A stretch of DNA of 64,000 nt from assembly GCF_000315625.1 (NCBI RefSeq), contig NW_005434603.1, forward strand, positions 264,333 through 328,332. The letters run 5' to 3'. Of the stretch, positions 14,033 to 24,077 are shown piece by piece (position 1 is the stretch's first letter; each line of letters opens with the position of its first letter). This stretch comes from Guillardia theta CCMP2712 (taxonomy: Eukaryota > Protista > Cryptophyta). Under the pieces are notes generated by a model, which saw only the letters and a program-made list of their open reading frames with translations, made no database searches and was not told the origin of the DNA. Made by a program: the position numbers and the translations under genes.

Positions 14033-15628
14033 TCAACTATCCCTTTGAGATTCCATGTCTATGGTCACAAGCCTCTTGCTTAAGGACACAACTCTGCTCG
14101 TTTCGTGAGGACCATCGAAGAGAAATAATCTTGCACTCACTTCTTCGCTCGATAACAGAATCCCTCGGCCTTTCACATCATTGATATCAGTAATGCCACA
14201 GAAGCCCAACGTGATGTCCAATTCCTGCCAGAAAGTTTGCAAGAATACGTACATGTACACTTGAACCAACCTTTCGGACGATCTCAAGGATGTTAGTGAC
14301 GCCCTCTTCGCCGCCACAGGCTGTGCGACGTCAGTGAAGGAAGGCACTAAGACGAAAGGCAAAGTACCCAATCCATACAACCATGGGCGTCCAATCATAG
14401 CGCAATTCGCTCCTGAGGTATGTGATAAGACAGCATAGGGGGCTTCATCCCACTCTCAGGTAGGTGGGAGAACGTGGGGACGGGAAGAGCGACAAGGAAA
14501 GAGAAGAGAAAAGCGAGGTTGAGAGTGAGAAACATGCCTAGAGCCTTCGCCTTGAGCACATCTTGTCCAGATCGAACCCCACCATCAAGATACACCTGAA
14601 GCAGCGATGGCTATCTCAGAGAGGATGGACCCTGGGACAACGACTCTTGTTCCTGACCTCCATCTTCCCTCCCACTTCCTCTACGCATTTTGTGAGGGCA
14701 GCTAGGGACGGCGGGGCACCATCCAACTGCCTTCCACCATGGTTTGAAACCTTGTGGACAGTCAAAAGAAAGTGATCGCACATGAGATCACTGGATTCAA
14801 GCTCACCACGATAGCATCTGCTCCATGAAGGTAGGCTAACTTGGCGTCCTGCGGGTCCATGATGCCTTTAATGATGAGCTTTCCTCCCCAGTGAGACTTG
14901 ATCCATTCCACGTCCTTCCATGACAGCGCCGTGTCAAACTGACTGGAGGTGAAATGCGAGAGTGAGAGCACGGAATCAGCTCCGGGATAATGACCGACGA
15001 TGTTCCCGAAGTTCCATCGCTTGGAAGAGAGCTGCCGGATACACCATGCAGGTTTGCTGACGACGTCGAGCACAGATTGTAGCTCCAACCTTAGCGGCAA
15101 GGTCAAGCCATTCCTGATGTCCTTGTGCCGCTGTCCCAGCACTTGAAGATCAGCGGTGAGGATGAGGGCAGAGCACTTAGCTGCCTTTGCTCTGCTTATC
15201 AGATTCTTCACGAATCCTTTGTCTCGCATCACGTAGAGCTGGAACCAGAAAGGTTTGGTAGTTCCTGCCGCCACATCTTCAATTGAGTTGATCGACATGG
15301 TGGATAAAGCGAAAGGGATGCCGAACTTCTCGCAAGCTCGGGCCGCATGCGTCTCACCGTTGGGCCACATCATTCCACCAAAACCACAGGGCGAAAGAGC
15401 CACAGGCATGGCACACTCCTCTCCGAGCACCCTTGCCTTGGTCGACCTTGTGGACACGTCTATCAGCACTCTCTGTCGGAACTTAATCTTGTTGAACTCT
15501 TCCTCGTTGGACCTGTACGTGGATTCTGTCCATGACCCCGTGTCCACGTAGTCGTAGAACGCCTTCGGCACTCTCCGCCGCGCCATCTGCTTCGCATCCT
15601 CCACGCAAAGGATCGCAGCGCGTCGCAT
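14033..15628 (-). CDS. FMN-dependent alpha-hydroxyacid dehydrogenase (L-lactate dehydrogenase LldD-like)
   Basis: RRVPKAFYDYVDTGSWTESTYRSNE, FWFQLYVMRD, LIIKGIM, catalytic SNHGGRQLDG (exon near 14700-14750), YLDGGVRSGQDVLKAKALG, IGRPWLYGL. The 3' end is approximate. Confidence 0.92.
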
Positions 15629-15824
15629 GGCCGCAAGGTGGGTCGCAAAGAAATGAGGGGGATGAGTCCCTGAGTGAATACGGGCCAACCTTTGACTCTC
15701 AGCTCCCGGAATCATCATTCCAAGTTCTGTCACACGGCCACCGTGGCGATGGCACCCGGCCGGCAACCGCCGCAGCCCGGCCGGCGGGCCGCCGGCCGGA
15801 CTCTCGGCCGAATCCCCAACGCAT

Positions 15825-15855
15825 CCGGTCCAGGATCTTTCGTCAGCTCAAGGCC
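15825..15855 (+). repeat. Dispersed motif B, copy 1 (ccggtccaggatctttcgtcagctcaaggcc)
   Basis: Near-identical copy at 53193-53225. Confidence 0.8.
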
Positions 15856-16039
15856 TCCCTGTCCTCAGCGCTGCCATCATCGCGGGTGCATCCCGGTATG
15901 CGTCTCATTCCTTCGGCGGCGGCCACCGCGACATCGCTGGCATGGCCGCGCGGGGAACTTGTCCTGCGCGCGCCGTTAAGTGAAGGTATCAGTTAAGTTT
16001 GGGGGACAGCTGTCGGCAGGATTGGGTTTGGTTCTAATT

Positions 16040-16078
16040 ATTGTCCTCGTACTGATTTTTAACTTAACTTTGAGTAAA
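16040..16078 (-). repeat. Dispersed 39-bp motif A, copy 1 (tttactcaaagttaagttaaaaatcagtacgaggacaat)
   Basis: Exact reverse complement of 28105-28143. Confidence 0.95.
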
Positions 16079-16267
16079 GAAGTTGCCCGGTCTGTCCGTC
16101 CGACGGCGGGCCTCCCCCAGTGGCGCCGCCTCCCCGGCGGCTCAGTGGCGCCGGGCCTCCCCTGCCCGGCGGCCAGCCGCACGCGCCGGGCGCGCGGCGG
16201 CCCGGCCCCAGGGGCGGCCCGGGCCGCCCGGCGAGAATGAGGGGGATGAGAATTGTTTGTCTTGGCA

Positions 16268-17927
16268 ATGAGGTATGTGAGCACTAGAGGGGGCGGGGAG
16301 GAGGAAGGGATCGAGGAGGCGCTGAGGAGAGGCTATGCTCGCGATGGAGGCCTGTACGTGCCCAAGACCATCAGGGAGCTCGAGGAGGGAGAGCTGGAGA
16401 GGCTCTCCAGGCTCCAGTTCAGAGAGCTCTGCACTGAGATCCTACTCTGGTTCGCAAGCGAGGAGCTTTCGGAGGAGGAGGTGAGGGGGGTCGTACAATC
16501 CTGCTTTGAGGGGTTCTCCAGCGAAGAGATCATTCCTCTGACCATGCTGAGTGGGAGAGGGGCGCCGGAAGATGGAAGTGTCCTGGTCGCAGAGCTGTTC
16601 CATGGACCGGTACTATGCACCGTGCACTGCTTTCATGCGCTGTTTGTTGATTGGAAGGCTTTTGTTTGCAGTCAATGTCCTTCAAGGACTTTGGGCAGCA
16701 AGTTCTATGCAAGCTGTTGAACATGTTCGCTCAGAAGAAGAAGAACAAGATCTCCATTTTGGTCTCAACCACCGGAGATACAGGGCCTGCAGCGATCATG
16801 GCAGCAAGGGGACTGGAGGCGCTGAAAGTGGTGGTAACATACCCGCACGGACAGATCTCCAAGTTCCAGGAGCTTCAGATGACAACAGAGGACGCAAACA
16901 ACGTGTTTGTGTACAGCTTTCAAGGAGGCGGGGATGATATGGACGCACCCATTAAAACTCTTTCCACCGACGTGTCGTTCCAGGAGCGCCATGGCCTGGC
17001 GGCTGTGAACTCGATCAACATAGGACGAGTGATCATGCAGGTAATGGACTTTCTCCTGCTTCCTTGAACGCCTCCAACGTCTCTGCGCGCCTTCACTTCC
17101 TTCTCACATCCTTTGTTCAGAGTGTGCACTATTTCTGGAGCTATTTCCGCGCTGTTGAGAAGTTGAAGTTGCCCGTTGGCAGCTCTGTGGACTTTGCGCT
17201 GCCGTGCGGGGCTCTGGGAAATGCTGCAGCAGGTCAGCGAACAGTTGATTTGACTCGTTCCCTTCAAAAGACGTCTGCTTGCTTGCCTCCGCCTCCTCCT
17301 CTTCTCGCATCCTCACTCTCCGCCTTCTCCTCTCCTTTCCACCCTCACTCTCCGCCTCTTCCGAATGTGCTCTGACCGCTCGGACGTGTTGGCCTCCATG
17401 AGTCTCCTCTCAGGCTTGCTTGCCAAGAAGATGGGCCTGCCGATCAGGAGGATCGTGTGCGGGACCAACATGAACGATATCTTCCACCGCGCCATCAGCA
17501 GCGGCGACTTTTCGAGGCACGACAAGATGATACGGACTCTGTCGGAAGCAATCAACATACAGGTCGGAATGACGGCGAACTTGTTTTGTACTGCATGGTC
17601 TGTCTGCTCCTCCTCTGTCGTTCAATCGCTTGTTTGCTTGTTCTGCATTCTGACTGAGGGACGCAGGTCCCTTACAACTTCGAGAGGATCATATACTTCC
17701 TCAGCGGCGGCGATCACAAGCTGGTCAAGGATCTGATGGGTCGAATGTCGGAAACAGGTCTGACGACATGACGTGATGTGACAATATGGCCTCGTTCATA
17801 TGCGTCCTTCTTTCTCGCGCGTGTTGTTTGTGTTGAGGTGGGCGGCCACCAGTGTTGACCAAGTTGATGTTTGTAGGAAGAATTCAGGTCGAGGGTGAGC
17901 TTCTGCAATCTCTACAGGTCAACCCTT

Positions 17928-17960
<33 letters not shown>

Positions 17961-18924
17961 CTCTGAGAGTTCTCTGAGAGATCTCCTCTCCCTTGCTCTG
18001 AGAGTTGTCGTTCAGGAAAATTTTGCTTCTCAACGAGTCACCGACGAGGAGATGCTCGAGGCATGTAGCCTCTGTCCTTTCTTTCCTCCTCCTTCCTCCT
18101 CGTCTGTTATTCTTCTTCAAGACCAGCAAATCTCTCCCCTCTCCCCTCTCTTCGCTCTTCTCTTGCCCTCTCACCCTCCGCCTCCCTCTCCTCGCCAAAC
18201 CCCTCCGTTTCCTTTCCTTTCCTTTCCTTTCCTTCCTCCCGCCCTGTCTCCCCCTCCTCGTCTATGGAGTACCTGAGACCATAGCACAGGCGCAGCGGAG
18301 CTGCATGCTCGAGGAAGACTACTTGATGGACCCGCACACAGCCGTGGGCTACGCAGCAATCAGGAGGAGCGTCCTGTTGTGGAGAGCGCCAGGAGGGTGA
18401 CTCTGCCATTTCAGGGCCTGTAAGGACGGAAATGTTGTGCTGCTGGCAACTGCTCACCCTTGCAAGTTCGAAGACGCTATCACTGAGGTAGGACGAGGAG
18501 GAAGGGAGAGAGGGGGATGGAGACGGTCGGACTTGATGTGGGTGAGAGGGAGGAGGCGGGGAGGAAGAGAAGCGGTAGCCCAGGGAGGAGGAAGAGGCTC
18601 TGAGGGGGATTTGTGCAGGCGTTGGGAAAGAAATGGGTGGAGGAGAACGAAGAGAGAGTGCGACCGGAGAGCGTCAAGAAGCTCATGAACAAGAAGGAGA
18701 GGAGGTGAAATTCGCTCTCTCGCAGCTGCTCTGCTTGCCTGCCCTCTGCTCCCCCACGCTCTCGCCGCACTCCCATGCTGAGCTTGTGCAGGCGGGGAAC
18801 CTTCAGGGAGGGAGAGGACTGGACTTCACAGCTGAGGAGGTGAGTCATGAGGAGGAGGAGGAGGAGGACCTGAGAATGCGGCTGCAGGATGTTCGACCAA
18901 GGGGACTGGGACTGTTTGGCGTAA
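16268..18924 (+). CDS. Threonine synthase family protein (class II, THNSL2-like), PLP-dependent
   Basis: MRYVSTRG, ARDGGLYVP, ELFHGP|SMSFKDFG (PLP lysine), STTGDTGPAA, QELQMTT, NSINIGRV, PCGALGN, TNMNDIF, DPHTAVG, LATAHPCKF; multi-exon. Confidence 0.9.
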
Positions 18925-19171
18925 GAGTAGGAAGAGAAAGACAAGCGGGAGGAGGAGGAGGGAGGGAGGGAGGGAGGGAGGGAGGGAGGGAGGGAGGGAG
19001 GGAGGACAACTTCAGTTGTCAATTGTAACGCTCATCTCGGAATTCCATGAGACGACGATGAAAATCGAGAAGATACAAGAAAGAATATTGAGGTTGCGAA
19101 TAGAATGCTATCAAGGGAATCGAGGAATCGATGGTGCCATGGTCGACTCCTTCAGCCTCCAGTCGACCGTC

Positions 19172-21352
19172 TCATGACTTGACGCTGATGGCCTGGGATG
19201 CCTGATTCAACCCATCAGCTCTCATCGTCGTCCTCGCAATCTTCGCCTACCTCCCACTCTTGTTGCGGTTGCAGGCTAACAGGCTGACGGATGGCTCCGA
19301 CTTCAACACAGACAAACCTCTTTCGAAGTGCAAAACAGGTCAGGTTGAGAACACATCAGAACGCGATCGTTCTCTCCTGTCAAGCTCCCTGAACAGAATC
19401 CTATTCTCCCTCATTCTCCCTCCCTCCCTCCCCTTCTCCCTCCCTCCCTCCCTCCCTCCCTCCCTCCCTCCCACCTTCGCCCTTATCTTACCTTGTAAGC
19501 GTCGTCAGGTAGATCGGCCATCTTCTGCGACTTCTCGATCCAGGGATTCCACACCACCTTCACCCAGAGGTCAGGCAGGGACCTCATGGCAGGTCCTCGC
19601 TCACAGCATCGGGGAAACTGGAGGACTTGAAGATGCAGATCCTCCTCTTGTGCGACTGATCCTTGATCTCGATCTCTGCCGCCAACATCAGCGTCGCTGC
19701 TTTCTCTCCACACTCTGACTACGTCTTCCCTCCTTGTGTTCTCCTCTCCTCTTTTCCTCGCTTCCCTCCTCTCCCCTACTAACCTCCACCCCCCCAACTT
19801 CCTCCTCCTCCTCCTTATCCTGTCATGGCCCGGCCCGTGTATCACGCCCGCCATGGCGGTGGAGTCTTCAAGACTGTCGCATAATCCCACCCGCTGTCCC
19901 CTCGCCGTCCTCTCCACTCTCGTCACCTTGAGGGGTTGGCCCGTACACGCGGTCGACCTCCCCTTCGAACCGGATGGCGTCCTCTTGTTCTGTTGCGTCC
20001 ATCGACAAATCTCAGTCACCATCGGCCAGTCGCAGCAGCATCGTTACCTTGTAACACTTTCCCTCCCTGCAGGCTATCCTCGTACTCGCATCCTCTTAGG
20101 CCCTCAACGCTCGTGCTTGAAATGTCGCCCACACCTGTCAGCGAGAAAGCATTCAGACAGGCCCCGAACTCTTTCCTCCCCTCCCCTCCGCCTCCCGCTC
20201 CCCTCTCCCTCCTCCCCCTCTCCCTCCTCCCCCTCTCCCTCCCCTTACCAAAATAAGTGTGAAGAGCACAGGTAAAGGTGAATTGTTCACTGCCAGTGTT
20301 CTTCACTTTCATCTTCGTTGCAAGATTTCCTTCGTCTGTCAACTCGACCTACAAAGATGTCATTTGTTTGCCAGAATCCACCATCTTTCTCTACAGATTA
20401 CATCGCAACCACAGCCTGCTCCTGCTCCTACTCCTGCTCCTGCTCCTCCTGCTCCTGCTCCCGCTCCCGCTCCTGCTCCTGCTCCTACTCCTGCTCCTGC
20501 TCCTCCTCCTTCCCTATTGCTACCACCGCTAGCTCCTCCTCCTCTCCTCTACCATCTCTTCTTCCTCGTCCTGCTTACGACTCTTACGCATCTCCATCAC
20601 GGTCATACCAGATAGTTGACTTGGAACGTGTGAGGCCAGGCAGAAGCCCGAGTGCTTTCCGAGTCCTTGAGTTCAAACTCAACGGATTTCTCGTCTTGCC
20701 TGTCAGATGCCGTCAATCCTTCTCCCCCCATCAACCGACATCGCACTTGGCGATCGCCCAGTCGTTGTTCTTGCGGCAAAACCCGTGCTACCGCACGCAA
20801 ACAAGACTAAGTCAGAAGACACGGCAAGTAGAAGCCGACCGGTAGGAGAGCACGCAGATGGGACTCAAGTTACCTGCTCGAGGGCTCCTCTCGGACCAAA
20901 CCTGGAGGACGAAAACGTCAAGACTTCCAGTCACAGGAACATCACAATGTCGCACTGAGGGAAGCAGATGGGAATCCCTCCACGGATCGCATCCTGCGGG
21001 CCGAACTTTGCTGCAGGGCTGACAAATAGCACAGACTCTTCGTTGACACCTGCGACAGGAGCTCAGGCAAGCTCGCACGGAGGACAAAAGGCGCCCAAGT
21101 CAAAACAACATCAAGGGCAGATATTCATGCACAGGAAGAAGATATTAAGACAAGGCAAACAATATCGAGACGTCCAAAAGATAGCAAGACAAGGCATAAA
21201 TTTTGAGGCGGGATGCATATCAGGCCACACTTGGGAAAGTTCCTACCAGGGGACCATGTGAGTACGTGTGCCCCGTGCTTCGCAACTTCCAACTTGGAGC
21301 CAACAGAGTTTCTGAGCGACACGGTCGCTGCTTGACCCGCACCTTGAGACAT
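19172..21352 (-). CDS. Glucose-6-phosphate 1-epimerase / D-hexose-6-phosphate mutarotase (aldose 1-epimerase family)
   Basis: HGAHVLTW, IRGGIPICFP, HGFCR, AWPHTF, FTFTCALHTYF, VEGLRGCEYEDSL, FEGEVDRVY, VVWNPWIEKSQKMADLPDDAYK, FVCVEVG; last exon ASQAISVKS*. Confidence 0.9.
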
Positions 21353-21890
21353 GGCCAACAAGTTTCTGAGGGCATTGAAGTCATGCAGGGGAAAGGCAAA
21401 CGCAGCGGGGGGGGCAAAGGGGGGGCGGGGGGGAGAGAGAAGAGGAGAGGAGAGTGGTGAGAGAAGCGGAAGGGGGAGAGGCGGTGGTGGGGAGGCGTGG
21501 GGGGCATGGTCGGCAATGGACGGCTCACACGATAAGGGATGAGAATATGGTAAGGGCACAAGCAGACTGCAAAGGCCTCATATCCCTAAGGAACTCAAGT
21601 CATCATAAGAGCTTTCGGTCTCACTTGAAGTCTCAGAATCAGCAATCTCTCTCTCTCTCTTCTCTCCCTCTGCTTCCTGTACTCCATCTGAAGGCTGCAT
21701 GCTGTGTTGCGAACAGCAAGGGGGGTTGAGGGGACAGAGACAGGAACAAGAATGCCTTAAACTGGCATCAGGCCTGATATACGAGAATACGAGGCATAAC
21801 CCGAGCAAGGGTTGAGGAAGGAGGAATGGAAAGGAACAAGGTTGGGGGTAGGCTGGGGTGGATCTGGACTGGGATGCAGTAGCAGAGGGT

Positions 21891-22002
21891 GGAGGCAGCA
21901 TGGGAGCTTGCTTAGGAGCTTGCTTAGGAGGCAGCATGGGAGCTTGCTTAGGAGGCAGCATGGGAGCTTGCTTAGGAGGCAGCATAGGAGCTTGCTTAGG
22001 AG
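21891..22002. repeat. 24-bp tandem repeat (ggaggcagcatgggagcttgctta) about 4.5 copies with an internal 12-bp partial unit
   Basis: Directly visible; reads PKQAPMLP repeats on the - strand. Confidence 0.9.
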
Positions 22003-23296
22003 AATCGAGCCTGGCATCCGGTCTCGCATCTTTCGGCATCGAGCACAGCAGCGAGCACCACAATCTGCATCGAGCAGGGCGGGACAAGGTGGGCAGCAAG
22101 GTGGGGATGCACTGGGGGATGCAGGCAAAACAGGATGAGCGGGGATGAGGATCAGACTTTGTTGGGTTTCCCGGCCAGGGGGCAACAATGTTTAAAATGA
22201 ATTTATATTTACAACGATAAGTTACGACTGCCCTGAATAGCTTACAAAAATAAAAACATTTAGAAATCATGTTTCTCGTAGTCAAAATATTTTATAATTT
22301 GACTCTGATACCAGTTCTGATTTTCAAAACTACTTGTAAAATAAGAGGTACAAAGTTCTTTATACCGTTAAAACATAAAACTATATAGGAACAAAATTGC
22401 GATATGTTTCATACAGTTAATTTCATCTAAAAGACGAAATCATCGATCTTTTTAAAATACAGATTGATCCAAGTTTTAAATTTAAAAGTTCCTCATAAAG
22501 CCTGGAGTGTGGGAGTGGGGGGGCCGGGAAGGGGAGGAGGCCACAGCATTTAAAAAGAAGAGAGGAGAGATTGGACTCTCTTTTCAACACCCTACCCCCT
22601 ATCTGTCATGTAAATTGCAATAAAATATAGGGGTGGAGGTCCTTTCTTTTTGTTTCATTTCAGGCCACCGGCACGCGAGCAGAGGCCGCCGCGATGCTGA
22701 AGCGATTCCTCCTCCTGTCGGCCGCCGCCGCCGCCGCCGCCGTCTCGGTAAGGAAGACAGGAGATATGGAGGAGTAGAGATAGCGTGAAGATTGAAAGAG
22801 CTGAGAGATACGTCAAATAGCCTCTTGAGCCTTCCGATGCTAGGTTGTGCCTTGTGCCAGGACCAAAAGGCGCTAATGGTGCATACAACAAAGTGAAAGG
22901 TGGGAGGGAAGGGATAGTAGCATGAAGTGCTCTTTACGGACGACATTGAATGGCATGACTATAAGTGTTGTATGTGTGAGCTGCTGCTTAGAGAAGCTGT
23001 TGGGATGAATCACATTTTGAGTTTTTTCAACGGACTCTTCCTCCCTTTGTCTTTATACCGTATCTTTGTCTTGGCTTGTAGGAAAAAGGACGAATAGCTG
23101 TTGCATCGTTTCTTCCATCTGGCATGCCCCTCCTTCCTTTCATGCTCTGTAGTCGCTGTGCGATTTTGACCTCCATGTCGTTGCAATGTGGCTACAGCAA
23201 TGGGTAGGAATGTTGTGTTGTTCCATAGGTTTTCGGAGGGAAAGAGGAATGGAGAAGGTTTTTCAGACACATTTCTCGTCTATTTGAATATCTGTG

Positions 23297-23960
23297 ATGC
23301 AAGTTGTATTGCTGTTGTCTTGTGTTGTAGCGGAGGTCTGGGCAAAGTCATCAATTCGGCACGTGCACAACCTTACCTCGCCTCGCAATGCTGGGCGGTG
23401 CGCTGACGCTTCTCGCAGCCCTGTAACTCCAAGTCTCCTTCTCTCGCGTTCGCTGGATCTGTTCTCCCATCTATCCCACGTACCACTGCTATCTCCTCCA
23501 TCCAGTCGTCCTTCGTGGGTTCGCTGGGGTGAGGGCGGTCACTTGTTGCTGGTTGAAGAGTCACGATGCGGTGCAGGCAATCAATTGTTGCTGTCGAGGA
23601 AGCAAAGGGGGATAGCGCAACGGTGAGGATGAGCCGAACCTGAGCAAGAGGGGGTTGCTGATATGTTGCTGGTCAGAGCTTGTACATGAGCTGCCGTCGC
23701 AATTTGAAGAAGGAGAAGAGGCTTCGTAACGAGATCTGCGCTCGTCAGTACCGCAAGGTGACAGAGGAGCAAGAGCCAGAAGAGGATATGGAAGAGGCTG
23801 ATTCGTTCCCGACAGCCCAAGTCCAAGTTCAGGGGGAGCCGCCCAGGACGCAACGCGCGTGCCATGGAAGAGGATGCTGATAGCGAGTGGCTGTCTCAGA
23901 TCTACGGACAACATACCATCTATCGCCGTGACGAGAAGGCTGTTTCCTCTCCTGTGAGTT
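23297..23960 (+). CDS. Small basic protein with signal-peptide-like N-terminus (possible plastid-targeted RNA/ribosome-associated protein)
   Basis: Hydrophobic start MQVVLLLSCVVAEVWA; later exon MSCRRNLKKEKRLRNEICARQYRK followed by a donor gtgaca and a downstream exon (..AMEEDADSEWLSQIYG..). Exon joining is unverified. Confidence 0.35.
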
Positions 23961-24077
23961 GCTGAGGAAGTGGTGAAGGGTTTCTCACATGCTGGCAGGC
24001 TGAGAAGACTGGTGGAGTGGAAGCGAAGCAAGCAGTAGCTGCTTAGAGGGTTCATTGACTACTTTAGGGTTTATTCA

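Noticed and set aside
21578-22285. 235-aa ORF with PKQAPMLP repeats
   Set aside because: It spans an AT-rich patch, a 24-bp minisatellite and low-complexity DNA; coding status is unsupported, so only the repeat is reported.
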